From a plasmid, in the sequence record NZ_CP024587.1: a stretch of DNA of 64,000 bases. One strand, given 5' to 3'. Both the position numbers and the translations under genes were made by a program. Below are positions 29,801 to 38,443 of this stretch, one piece after another. Below the pieces are notes generated by a model that saw nothing but the letters and a program-made list of their open reading frames with translations, searched no databases and was not told the origin of the DNA. Position 1 is the first letter of the stretch, and each line of letters opens with the position of its first letter.

Positions 29801-31968
29801 CCTTCAAGTTCATCGCCGCCCCGGCCGCGTTCGAGCGTGGTCTCGTACAGGACCAGCTCGATGCCTACGCGGCCCTGCTGGAGAAGCTCGATGGCGACGA
29901 CCGCATCGCCCGCAAGCGCATCGAGCGCATGAAGGAAGGCATGCAGGAGAAGCTCGAAGCGCTCGCCTCGGCCAAGGACGACATGCTGACCATCGCCGAG
30001 ATGGGCGTCGACCAGGTGATCGCCGACGAGGCACAGGAGTTCCGGAAGCTCTCCTTCGCCACCAACATGGGCAACCTCAAGGGCATCGCCCCGGACGGCT
30101 CGCAGCGCGCCTGGGATCTGTTCGTGAAGTCACGCTTCGTGGCGACCGTGAACCCGGGCCGGGCGCTGATCCTCGCCTCCGGCACTCCCATCACCAATAC
30201 CCTGGGCGAGATGTTCACCCTGCAGCGCTTCATGCAGCCGGAGATGCTGGAGGAGCGCGGCATCCAGGAGTTCGACGCCTGGGCCGCCAACTTCGGGGAC
30301 ACGCGCACCGAGCTGGAGCTGCAGCCCTCGGGCCTCTACAAGCCGGTGACCCGCTTCTCGGAGTTCGTCAACGTCGCCGACCTGATCGCCATGTTCCGCT
30401 CGGTCGCGGACGTCGTGCTCAAGGACGACCTGCGCCAGTACCTGAAGCTGCCCGCCATCCAGGGCGGCCGGCGCCAGATCGTCACCGCCCCCGCCAGCCC
30501 GGCCTTCCGGGACTACCAGAGCGCCCTCGCGGCGCGCATCAAGGCCATCGAGGCGCGCAAGGGCAAGCCCCAGAAGGGCGAGGACATCCTGCTCTCGGTC
30601 ATCACCGATGGCCGCCATGCCGCCATCGACCTGCGTTTCGTCGTGGCGGAGGCGGAGGATGACCCCGGCAACAAGCTCAACGCGCTGATCGACAACGCCT
30701 TCCGCATCTGGTCGGAGACGCGCGGCAAGGTCTTCCGCAACCCGGACGGCACGCCGCACCCGACCCCCGGTGCCACGCAGATGATCTTCTCCGACCTCGG
30801 CACCGAAGGGGCAGCGGCGACGCGGGGCTTCTCGGCCTACCGCTGGATCCGGCAGCGCCTGATCGGCCTCGGCGTGCCGGCCGAGCGCATCGCCTTCATG
30901 CAGGACTACAAGAAGGCCGAGGCCAAGCAGGGCCTGTTCACCAAGCTGAACAACGGCCAGGTGGATTTCCTGCTCGGTTCCTCGGCCACCATGGGAACGG
31001 GGGTGAACGCCCAACGCCGGCTGGTGGCGCTGCATCACCTCGACGTGCCCTGGCTGCCCTCCGAGATCGAGCAGCGCGAGGGCCGTATCGAGCGGCAGGG
31101 CAACCAGAACGACGAGATCGGCCTCTACGCCTACGCGACCCTGGGCTCGATGGACGCCCAGATGTGGCAGAACAACGAGCGCAAGGCGCGCTTCATCGCG
31201 GCGGCGCTGGGCGGCGACCGCTCGATCCGCCGGCTGGAGGATATCGGCTCCCAGGCGAACCAGTTCGCGATGGCCAAGGCCATCGCCTCGGGCGACCCCC
31301 GCCTGATGCAGAAGGCTGGGCTGGAGGCCGAGATCGCCCGGCTGCAGCGCCAACGGGCGGCGCATTTCGACGACCAGCACGCGGTGCGGCGGCGCGTCGC
31401 CGAGGCGCGCTCGGCCATCGGCCGTGCCACCCAGGCCATCACCGACACCGAGGCGGACCTCGCGCGCCGGGTATCGACCCGGGGCGAGGAGTTCCGCATG
31501 GAGGTGCAGGGCAGGACCTTCGCCGAACGCAAGGAGGCGGGGGCCGCACTGCTGAGGATCCTGCGCACTGTGCAGTTCGAGGGCCGCCAGGGCGATTGGG
31601 AGCTCGGCGCGGTCGGCGGCTTTCCGCTGACGCTGGAGGCCCGCCGTTACCGCCAGGGGGCCGATCTGGACATCCACCTGCTGCTGGGCCGCGCCTACGG
31701 CCAGCAGGAGATCCAGGTGGAGGACGACCTGTCCGCGCTCGGACTGGTGGCCCGGCTCGAATACGCCCTGGGACGCTTCGAGGCGGAATTGGCCGGGCAC
31801 CGGCGGGACCTGGAGGAAGCCGAGCGCCGGCTGCCGGCCTACCAGGCCCGGCTGGGCGACGCCTTCGAGTTCCAGGCCGAGCTGGATGCCAAGCTGGCTG
31901 AAATGCAGGCACTGGAGGCGGATCTGGCGCAGAGTGGCAAGGAGGAGGCGGTTGCCGCGGCGGCATGA
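26851..31968 (+). CDS. Large fusion protein: N6-adenine DNA methyltransferase (NPPF) + SF2/SNF2-like helicase; phage P1 DarB-like antirestriction candidate
   Basis: 1705 aa. MTase motif I EPGCGTGLF and motif IV LGNPPF. Helicase GAGKT, DEAQ, ASGTP and QREGRIERQG. The alternative start is ATG 26896 (MAKAKSS). Confidence 0.85.
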   Translation: MGRRAAAHARSGTRAMAKAKSSLDQLSLFDTTALTSFSLDGGGFGTLLPPLDATEEEPDDAPIAPAVPRVVAHDFRLAGDRGLASSWKARAAGNLAAIRLMQRIEAETRPATAEEQAVLARFVGYGASDLANALFRRPGEAWREGWAEQGDGLEQAVSAAELASLARCTQYAHFTPEYVVRAVWAGLTRLGFRQGSILEPGCGTGLFLALRPEGMADCSTVTGIEMDTVTARIAALLHPKAWIRQEDFTRARIPETFDLALGNPPFSDRTVRADDPAGKLGLKLHDYFIARAVERLKPGGLAAFVTSHGTLDKVDPKAREHIAGMADLVGAIRLPAGSFAAAAGTDVVVDILFLQRRERGAEPNGVEWAHLAEVVPAEAGEAAIHVNAWFAAHPETVLGRHGWTTGPFGLAYDCARDGRDLDAALAEAVARLPQGIHQPPADAVAARPARTAARAGTAAEGATIKEGSYLIGEGGVLLQVVDGTAEPVAVKSGKGTVGLFAKHARIIRGLIPVREAVRGVIRAQEADQPFGAAQVRLRAAYGSFVRAFGPINLTNISTSTDEETGEVRETVRRPNLQPFLDDPDCWLVSSIEEYDPETGTARKGPIFTERVIHAPAEPMIVSAADALAVTLAERGVVDLAHACDLLGRDRETVLAELGDTVFLDPDLTTEGFEAWQTADEYLSGQVRRKLAAARAAATLDARYARNVVALERVQPEDLRPSDITARLGAPWIPARDVAAFIQEVIGVETPVRHTVEVAHWSIDVHRFVGLASATSEWGTHRRHAGELLDDALNASIPQIWDVWRDAEGEHRQLNAQETEAVKDKLAKIKDAFERWVWTDSDRAERLVRLYNDAFNSLVPRHFSGEHLQLPGASTVIQLRPHQKRVVWRIVASGQTYVAHAVGAGKTFTIAAAIMEQKRLGLISKAMLAVPGHCLAQASREFLQLYPGARILVADETNFSKDKRARFLARAATANWDCIIITHSAFKFIAAPAAFERGLVQDQLDAYAALLEKLDGDDRIARKRIERMKEGMQEKLEALASAKDDMLTIAEMGVDQVIADEAQEFRKLSFATNMGNLKGIAPDGSQRAWDLFVKSRFVATVNPGRALILASGTPITNTLGEMFTLQRFMQPEMLEERGIQEFDAWAANFGDTRTELELQPSGLYKPVTRFSEFVNVADLIAMFRSVADVVLKDDLRQYLKLPAIQGGRRQIVTAPASPAFRDYQSALAARIKAIEARKGKPQKGEDILLSVITDGRHAAIDLRFVVAEAEDDPGNKLNALIDNAFRIWSETRGKVFRNPDGTPHPTPGATQMIFSDLGTEGAAATRGFSAYRWIRQRLIGLGVPAERIAFMQDYKKAEAKQGLFTKLNNGQVDFLLGSSATMGTGVNAQRRLVALHHLDVPWLPSEIEQREGRIERQGNQNDEIGLYAYATLGSMDAQMWQNNERKARFIAAALGGDRSIRRLEDIGSQANQFAMAKAIASGDPRLMQKAGLEAEIARLQRQRAAHFDDQHAVRRRVAEARSAIGRATQAITDTEADLARRVSTRGEEFRMEVQGRTFAERKEAGAALLRILRTVQFEGRQGDWELGAVGGFPLTLEARRYRQGADLDIHLLLGRAYGQQEIQVEDDLSALGLVARLEYALGRFEAELAGHRRDLEEAERRLPAYQARLGDAFEFQAELDAKLAEMQALEADLAQSGKEEAVAAAA

Positions 31969-31976
31969 CTGTCCAT

Positions 31977-32016
31977 CCCGAATATCCATATTTTCTGGAT
32001 ATTCGGGATCCGGATC
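31977..32016. promoter_or_regulatory. Perfect 12-bp inverted repeat CCCGAATATCCA-N7-TGGATATTCGGG followed by palindrome GATCCGGATC; candidate brnA operator
   Basis: Read directly. AT-rich, about 100 bp upstream of brnA. Confidence 0.45.
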
Positions 32017-32113
32017 TCGGCCGCGAGGCGCTTGAAGCAGGCAGAGGAGGAGGAACGGGTACGTCTCGTCAGCGCGCGGCGGGCGACCAGGGCGGAACGG
32101 AGGGCCTACGAGG

Positions 32114-32398
32114 ATGGCAGCGATCAGTAAGGAGCAGCGCGAGCGCCTGGAACGGCTGGCCGCCGCGCCGGAGGATGAGATCGACACCACGGACATTCCG
32201 GAAGTCCGGGACTGGTCCGATGCGGTGCGCGGCGGCCTCCACAGGCCGCGCAAGGAAGCCATCACGATCCGGCTGGATGCGGATGTGCTGGCCTGGTTCA
32301 GGGAGCACGTCCAATCGGGCCGGGGCTATCAGACCGAGATCAACCGAGTGCTACGCAAGCATGTGCGGAATGCCGCGAAGGGGGGCAAGACCCTGTAG
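32114..32398 (+). CDS. brnA: BrnA-family (DUF4415) antitoxin-like protein, apparently orphan (no BrnT/DUF497 partner)
   Basis: 94 aa. DTTDIPE...ITIRLDADVLAWFR...GYQTEINRVLRKH matches the BrnA pattern as I recall it. Only 145 bp of non-coding DNA lie upstream. Confidence 0.6.
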   Translation: MAAISKEQRERLERLAAAPEDEIDTTDIPEVRDWSDAVRGGLHRPRKEAITIRLDADVLAWFREHVQSGRGYQTEINRVLRKHVRNAAKGGKTL

Positions 32399-32616
32399 CT
32401 CGGCCTTGGACCGGCCGTGCAAAAAGAAAGGCGGCGCCCGAGGGTGCCGCCCAAGTTTAGGGAGGAAACGTCCAAGTAAGGCGGCAACCCAGCGGGTGCC
32501 GTGTCGCCGCACCCCGCACCATGACCCAGGCTGCCCTTCGGGTCCAATCAAATGACGCGCCGCAGCAGAACGGGCCGAGCCGGTGTCCTCGTGCTCCGCT
32601 CTCATGCCTGGGATGT

Positions 32617-32850
32617 TGGAAAGCCGGAAAGCCGGAAAGCGGGAAATCGGGAAACACGGAAAGCGGGGGAGAGGAGGAGCAGGAGCGCTGGCATCCGGGC
32701 ACCGCCCGGCACCGCTTCGCTCCACGGCCGCCTGCGCAGCCCTGCCCCGCTGGGCCGCAGCCCGCCCTGCCGGGCTGGGCCGCGTCCGGCGACGGGTCAG
32801 GGCCGCTCGCCCGCCGTGGTGCCGGACGGCCCCCGGCCGCCGGCGTGGGA
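32617..32850 (+). promoter_or_regulatory. Regulatory cassette C: six tandem 8-bp repeats GGAAAGCCG/GAAAGCGG/GAAATCGG/GAAACACG then a ~170-bp leader paralogous to cassette B
   Basis: Read directly. Confidence 0.5.
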
Positions 32851-32906
32851 GGGGTCAGCCCAGGAATGGGGTGACGGGAACCCCGGTCCGGAGAGCCACT
32901 CTCGCC

Positions 32907-34673
32907 ATGAAGATCGTCCACGCCAACCCGCGCAAGCTGCGCGACAACCCCGAGAACCCCCGCCGCACCAGGCCGAGCGCGGAGGCCGACGCGCAGTTGC
33001 TCGCCAATATCCAGGCGGTCGGCATCCTGCAGCCGCCCACCGCGCGCGAGATCGCGGGTGAACTGGTCCTGATCGCCGGCCACCGTCGCCGCGACGCGGC
33101 CATCAAGGCGAAGCTGAAGGAGATCGCCGTCCTCGTCCGCGAGCCCGGCGACGACGCCGCGCAGGGCGGCGACGGCGTGCGGGCGCTGGCCGAAAACATG
33201 GTCCGCACCGCGATGAGCCCGGTAGACCAGTGGCGCGCCGTCGAGGCGCTGGTCGGGGAGGACTGGACCGAGGACGCCATCGCAGCCGCGCTGAACCTGC
33301 CGGTGCGCCGCATCCGCGCCCTGCGCCACCTCTCGCGCGTGCATCCGGCGATGCTGGACCACATGGCACGCGGCGACATGCCGACCGACCAGCAGCTCCG
33401 CACCATCGGCCTCGCCTCGGCCGAGGATCAGGCCTCGGTCTGGCAGAGGAGCAAGCCGAAGCGCGGCGAGCGCGCCCACTGGCACGGTATCGCCGCCGCC
33501 CTGGAGAAGCGCCGCATCCCCTTCGCCGTCGCCAGGTTCGGCGAGGCCGAGACCGAGGCCTTCGGGATCGTCTGGCAGGACGACCTGTTCGCCCCCGCCG
33601 GAGAGGAGGGCCGCTTCACCACCCAGCTCGACGCCTTCCTGCAGGCGCAGCAGGCGTGGCTGGAGGCCAACCTGCCAGACCGCGCCGTGCTCCTGGGCCT
33701 CGACGAGTGGGGCCGCGTCATGTTCCCCAAAGGGGCGCAGGAGCTCTACTACAAGCAGCCCCGCGACGAGTTCGACCGCATCGGCCTCACCGTCGATCCG
33801 CGCTCCGGCGAAGTGCGGCAGACGCTGTTCCGGGAGGCACCGCCCCGCGAGGAGCGCGGTGGCCGGGGCCGTGAGGCATCGGCCGATGGCACGGTGCTGC
33901 CCAAGGTCACCCGCCCGCCGCTGACCCAGAAGGGCGACGCCATGGTGGGCGACCTGCGCACCGACGCGCTGCACGAGGCTTTCGCGCAGGCCGAGATCCC
34001 GGACCAGACCCTGATCGGCCTGCTCGTGCTCGCGCTCGCCGGGCAGAACGTGCAGGTCCGCAGCGGCGCCAAGGGCGACGACCTGTACGCCGGAGCGCGC
34101 GCCGCGATCGCCGCCGGCCTCCTCGAAGGCGGCGTGCTCACCGCAGACGCGGACGCCCTGCGTGCCGCCGCCCGCGCCATGCTGCGCCAGGCGCTGTCCT
34201 GCCGGGTGGGCTTCTCCACCTCGGGCCTGGTCGCCCGCTACGCCGGGGTGGCTGTCGATGCCGACGCCTACCTTCCCACCACCGCCACCGAGGAGTTCCT
34301 GGCCCATCTGAGCAAGGACGCGATCATGGGCACGGCCAGCGCCAACAACGTGGCGCCGCGCAACACCGGCAAGGCAACCCGTGCTGCGGTGGTCGAGCGC
34401 TTCAAGGGGCAGACCTTCCTCCACCCGCTGGTGCGCTTCGCGCTGACCACGGAGGAGCAGCGCAAGTTGGCCGAGCAGCGGCAGCGGGAGGAGAGCCGCG
34501 CCGCCCTGCGCGCCAGCTGGCAGTCCTCTGGGGAGGATGATGGGGAGGACGAGAGCTCCGGCGAGGAAGAGACCGCGGGCAACATGGATATGGATGGCGA
34601 GGAGGTGGATCTCCCTACCGATGGCCTCCATCCGCCGTCCGGCAGCCAGCCCCCGGTTGTCCATACCACCTGA
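32907..34673 (+). CDS. ParB/Sulfiredoxin-domain protein (ParB-like nuclease/KorB-like), 588 aa with long C-terminal extension
   Basis: N-terminal MKIVHANPRKLRDNPENPRR...LIAGHRRRDA is ParB-box-like (GHRR). Acidic tail. Confidence 0.7.
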   Translation: MKIVHANPRKLRDNPENPRRTRPSAEADAQLLANIQAVGILQPPTAREIAGELVLIAGHRRRDAAIKAKLKEIAVLVREPGDDAAQGGDGVRALAENMVRTAMSPVDQWRAVEALVGEDWTEDAIAAALNLPVRRIRALRHLSRVHPAMLDHMARGDMPTDQQLRTIGLASAEDQASVWQRSKPKRGERAHWHGIAAALEKRRIPFAVARFGEAETEAFGIVWQDDLFAPAGEEGRFTTQLDAFLQAQQAWLEANLPDRAVLLGLDEWGRVMFPKGAQELYYKQPRDEFDRIGLTVDPRSGEVRQTLFREAPPREERGGRGREASADGTVLPKVTRPPLTQKGDAMVGDLRTDALHEAFAQAEIPDQTLIGLLVLALAGQNVQVRSGAKGDDLYAGARAAIAAGLLEGGVLTADADALRAAARAMLRQALSCRVGFSTSGLVARYAGVAVDADAYLPTTATEEFLAHLSKDAIMGTASANNVAPRNTGKATRAAVVERFKGQTFLHPLVRFALTTEEQRKLAEQRQREESRAALRASWQSSGEDDGEDESSGEEETAGNMDMDGEEVDLPTDGLHPPSGSQPPVVHTT

Positions 34674-34742
34674 CACCGCAAGCCTGGTCGCATGGCCGAC
34701 GCCCTGGGAAGGCTGAGAAGCGGACGCAGGACACGAAGGCCC

Positions 34743-34840
34743 CTGCCGCATCCGTCCCCCGGCGGCAAGGGTGCGTCGCTGCGCTCCCTCGCTCCGCTCG
34801 CCCTTGCCCCCGGCGGTCCGGAACGCGGCGGCTGGGGAGG
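34743..34840 (+). promoter_or_regulatory. Hairpin motif copy g (CCGCATCCGTCCCCCGGCGGCAAGGGTGCGTCG...CGCCCTTGCCCCCGGCGG)
   Basis: Near-identical to copy h. Ends about 20 bp before ATG 34861. Confidence 0.5.
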
Positions 34841-34860
34841 GATCAAAGTAGGAGAAAGCC

Positions 34861-35058
34861 ATGCGCGCGAGCGAAACCGAACTCGACCGCCTCTGGAACA
34901 GGTGCGCGAGCCTCGCCAACGACCTGGAGGAAGGTCTGTGGTCCATGTTTCCGCGGGAATGGGAAGACATCGCCGGGAAACTGGATGAACTGCTGGGCGA
35001 GATGGAGGAACTGTCTCCGTCCAGACGCCAGACATTCGCGGAAAGCCTCGGCCGCTGA
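34861..35058 (+). CDS. Hypothetical acidic protein, 65 aa
   Basis: GGAGAAAG RBS. Confidence 0.4.
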   Translation: MRASETELDRLWNRCASLANDLEEGLWSMFPREWEDIAGKLDELLGEMEELSPSRRQTFAESLGR

Positions 35059-35213
35059 CACGCACCCGGCGCCCTAGGCGGCGCCGGGCCCTCCTTGCTC
35101 CCTCGCAAGCACCAATACGAGTGCGCGCCCTTGCGGCGCGCGCCGCGTGATCCACGCATGCCCGGCATCCAGCCGGGCCCCCCTTTCCACGATAATCAGA
35201 ACGAGGTGGCCCA

Positions 35214-35510
35214 ATGGCCTTCATCAGCGTTGCCACGCGAGGCTCGGAATCCGAGCCGTTCCAGCTCTCCGGCAAGAACCCGATCCAGCACACGCCGGGT
35301 GCCTGCGAGAGCCACGACCGCTTGTTCGAGTATGCCGGAGGCCACCTGGGCTTCTACGGCTTCCTGCGCGTCGCCAACGCCCGCATCTCCCGGCGCCTTG
35401 GGATCGGGCTGGCGGATCTGCCGGACCGGCTCTGGCGGGATGCCTACGACGACGAGGCGCACCCTTCCGAAGCCGCCGACGAGGCGATCGAGGAAGAAGC
35501 CGGCGAATAG
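35214..35510 (+). CDS. Hypothetical protein, 98 aa, acidic C-terminus
   Basis: ORF with a plausible RBS (GAGGTGG). Confidence 0.4.
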   Translation: MAFISVATRGSESEPFQLSGKNPIQHTPGACESHDRLFEYAGGHLGFYGFLRVANARISRRLGIGLADLPDRLWRDAYDDEAHPSEAADEAIEEEAGE

Positions 35511-35523
35511 GAGCGGAGGGAGC

Positions 35524-35624
35524 GCTGCCGCATCCGTCCCCCGGCGGCAAGGGTGCGTCGCTGCGCTCCCTCGCTCCGCTCGCCCTTGCCCCCGGCGGCC
35601 CGGAACGCGGCGGCTGGGGAGGGT
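35524..35624 (+). promoter_or_regulatory. Hairpin motif copy h
   Basis: About 95% identical to copy g over about 95 bp. Confidence 0.5.
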
Positions 35625-35693
35625 CGAGGAGAAAGCGGCCGGCAAGGCCGGGGCCACCTCGGCATCCCGAATCCCTGATGGGAGTTGAGCAAT

Positions 35694-36392
35694 ATGGACA
35701 CCCTGGTTGAGCGCGCCCTGCGCTCGGCAGCCGAGGATCTCGGCCTTTCGCCCGATGGATGGAGCCGGATCCGGGGCGATTCCGGCACGAGCCAGGCCTT
35801 CCGGCACACCGCCCGCCCCGCCCTGGTGGTCGAGGTGAGCATGGATGGGCCCGGATGGAGCTGGACGGCCAGCCTGGCGAAGTCGCATCGCCAGCCCGCC
35901 CTTGGTCCTGCCCAGCCCTGGGCGTGCATCGACGGCCTTGCCGTCCGGGTCAGCCCCAGCCAGCGCGGGGCGCTCCTCGATGCCCTGGCGATCGCCGGCG
36001 ACAACATCGCGGAGGCCAACGCCTGCTCGACCGCGATGCTGCAGACCCGCCTGGACGTGCTGGTCAGCCGTCGCGGTTTCGACCTGTTCGTCGCCCCCGT
36101 GCAAAACCTCGACAGGAGGCAGGCCGAGCCGGCTGCCCCGCTGCGCCTGGATTGGAGCTACCGAGGGCAGACGCCGGACGGCGACGACGTCGCGGGCGTC
36201 GTTCAGGGCGCAGACGAGGCCGAGGCCATCGAGGCGGTCGAGCGCCTCTGGGCCGGCCTCGACCTCATGGAGCTATCACCACGCCTCGCCGGGCTGGCGC
36301 CCTTGTCCTCCGCTGCCCGCCGCTTGGCCGAAGATGGATTGCGGCAGGCGGGAGCCCAGGGGCCCGCATCGGGTCTGCCCGCGCTGCACTGA
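35694..36392 (+). CDS. Hypothetical protein, 232 aa
   Basis: ORF with a GGAG RBS. Followed by a strong palindrome. Confidence 0.4.
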   Translation: MDTLVERALRSAAEDLGLSPDGWSRIRGDSGTSQAFRHTARPALVVEVSMDGPGWSWTASLAKSHRQPALGPAQPWACIDGLAVRVSPSQRGALLDALAIAGDNIAEANACSTAMLQTRLDVLVSRRGFDLFVAPVQNLDRRQAEPAAPLRLDWSYRGQTPDGDDVAGVVQGADEAEAIEAVERLWAGLDLMELSPRLAGLAPLSSAARRLAEDGLRQAGAQGPASGLPALH

Positions 36393-36424
36393 TCCTCCCA
36401 CCCCCCGAAACAGCCATCGGCATC

Positions 36425-36458
36425 GCGAACGGCAGGGCCTGGGCCCTGCCGTTCGCGT
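36425..36458. terminator. Perfect hairpin GCGAACGGCAGGGCC-TGG-GGCCCTGCCGTTCGC followed by GTTT; terminator of the upstream gene and/or operator of the MTase gene
   Basis: Read directly. Only a short T-tract. Confidence 0.35.
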
Positions 36459-36475
36459 TTCAGGAGCCCCGCGCC

Positions 36476-38284
36476 ATGATTTCCGAGCACGGCCACGCCA
36501 CCATTCTGCACGCCCACCTCTTCGCCGGCCTCGGCGGAGGTGCCCGCGGCTTCAACCGCGCCACCTCGCGGGTGGGCAACCTCACCGCCAGCTTCCGCTG
36601 CCTCGGCGGCATCGACGTCGACGCCGGGGCGATCCGCGACTTCGGCCGCCTCGCCGGTGTGCCCGGCACCTGCATGGACCTGTTCGACCGCGAGCAGTAC
36701 CGCGACTTCCACGGCCAGGAGCCACCGATCGGCTGGCGCGAGGCCACCGTGGACGATGTGCGCGCCGCCTTCGGCCACGAACGCCCCCACGTCCTGTTCA
36801 CCTCGCCACCCTGCAAGGGCTTCTCCGGCCTGCTCAGCGAGACCAAGAGCAGGACCCGGAAATACCAGGCGCTGAACCGCCTGACGCTGCGCGGCATCTG
36901 GCTGGCGCTGGAGGCCTATCGCGACGATCCGGTGGAGCTGATCCTGCTGGAGAACGTGCCGCGCATCGCGTCGCGCGGGCGTCCCCTGCTCGACCGGATC
37001 ACCGGCCTGCTACGCGCCTATGGCTACGCCGTGGCCGAGACCACCCATGATTGTGGGCAGTTGGGTGGCCTGGCGCAGTCGCGCCGCAGGTTCCTGCTGG
37101 TGGCCCGCCACACCGCCAAGGTGAAGCCCTTCCTCTACCAGCCGCCGAAGCGCCCGCTGCACGGCGTGGGGGACATTCTTTCCCGGATGTCCCTGCCGGG
37201 CGATCCGGCGGCCGGGCCGATGCACCGGGTCCCGATGCTGCACTGGTCCACCTGGGTCCGGCTCGCCTTCGTCGAGGCCGGAAGCGACTGGCGTTCCCTC
37301 GGCAGGCTCAAAGTCGAGGACGGGATGTTGCGCGACTACGCCCTTGCCCCCTGCGGCGAATGGCGCGGCGGCGTTCTCGGCGTGAACCGCTGGGACGAGC
37401 CGTCCGGCACCGTGGCGGGCCGTTCCGGTCCCTCCAACGGCGCCTACAGTGTCGCCGACCCGCGCCGCGCCGAAGGCGTGGCCGCCTTCGGGCAGTACGG
37501 GGTCAAGCGCTTCGACGAGCCGTCCCAGGTGGTGATCGGCAAGGCCGCGGTCGGGGCCGGCCATTTCGCCGTGGCCGATCCTCGCCACGCCGGGCCGCCC
37601 AAGCACAGCAACGAGTTCCGCATCGTCCCCTGGGACGGGGCCGGACGGGCGGTCACAGGCGCCCATGGCACCGGCCAGTGCGTGGCGGATCCGCGCGGAG
37701 ACGTGCGCCGCTCCGGAGCGCTGGGCGTCGTGTCGTGGGAGTCCAATGCCGGCACCGTGGCGGGTGAGAGCCTGCCATCCAACGGCACCTTCGCGGTCGC
37801 CGATCCCCGGCCGCGCCTGGAACGGGAGAAGGGTGACGACTACTACGGCGCCGGCCATTACGGCGTGGTGCCGTGGCGGGAGCCCACGGGTGCCGTCAGC
37901 GCCGCCGCCGGCTACGACAACGGCCGCTGGAGCGTGGCGGACCCCCGCCCGATCCTGCCCAGCGCGACCGAGAAGGTCGTGGCCCGCATCCGCGCCCTCG
38001 ACGGCACCTGGCACCGGCCTTTCACCACCGCCGAGCTGGCGGCGCTGCAATCGTTGTTCGACCCGGAGGAGCAGGCCGAGCTGGACGGGCTGAGCGATGC
38101 CGACTGGCGCGAGCGCATCGGCAACGCCGTCCCGCCCGACGCCGCGCAGGCCATCGCCGAGACGATGGGCCGCACGCTCCTGCTGGCCTGGTCGGGCGAG
38201 GGCTTCATGCTCTCGGCCCTGCCGATCTGGGTACGTCCGGTCGCGGTGGCCCTCTCCGTACGCCAGCCCCAGGACGAGGCCTGA
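36476..38284 (+). CDS. dcm: DNA (cytosine-5) methyltransferase with an unusually repetitive variable (TRD) region
   Basis: Motif I LFAGLGGGARGF, motif IV PPCKGFS, motif VI ENV, motif VIII QSRRRF, motif X GNAV. Between VIII and X are five roughly 40-aa repeats, each ending in VADPR. Confidence 0.85.
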   Translation: MISEHGHATILHAHLFAGLGGGARGFNRATSRVGNLTASFRCLGGIDVDAGAIRDFGRLAGVPGTCMDLFDREQYRDFHGQEPPIGWREATVDDVRAAFGHERPHVLFTSPPCKGFSGLLSETKSRTRKYQALNRLTLRGIWLALEAYRDDPVELILLENVPRIASRGRPLLDRITGLLRAYGYAVAETTHDCGQLGGLAQSRRRFLLVARHTAKVKPFLYQPPKRPLHGVGDILSRMSLPGDPAAGPMHRVPMLHWSTWVRLAFVEAGSDWRSLGRLKVEDGMLRDYALAPCGEWRGGVLGVNRWDEPSGTVAGRSGPSNGAYSVADPRRAEGVAAFGQYGVKRFDEPSQVVIGKAAVGAGHFAVADPRHAGPPKHSNEFRIVPWDGAGRAVTGAHGTGQCVADPRGDVRRSGALGVVSWESNAGTVAGESLPSNGTFAVADPRPRLEREKGDDYYGAGHYGVVPWREPTGAVSAAAGYDNGRWSVADPRPILPSATEKVVARIRALDGTWHRPFTTAELAALQSLFDPEEQAELDGLSDADWRERIGNAVPPDAAQAIAETMGRTLLLAWSGEGFMLSALPIWVRPVAVALSVRQPQDEA

Positions 38285-38443
38285 GCGCCATGCACCCCAC
38301 ACCATCCATCCCCTGCCGCCGGACCTGGCAGCGGATCCTGCACCGCCACAGCCATCGTGCCCCGCCGAAACTGGGGCACCGGCGTCGCAGCCAAGGGTCC
38401 GGCCGGGGCACAGCCTGCCGGCAGGACGGCGAGCGGCCTAGCC

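Noticed and set aside
31965-32110. Possible brnT toxin gene upstream of brnA
   Set aside because: Only 145 bp lie between the MTase-helicase stop and brnA. The ORF there (MTVHPEYPYFLDIRD...) is a read-through of a long GC-rich frame with no resemblance to DUF497, and the space is occupied by the palindromic operator.
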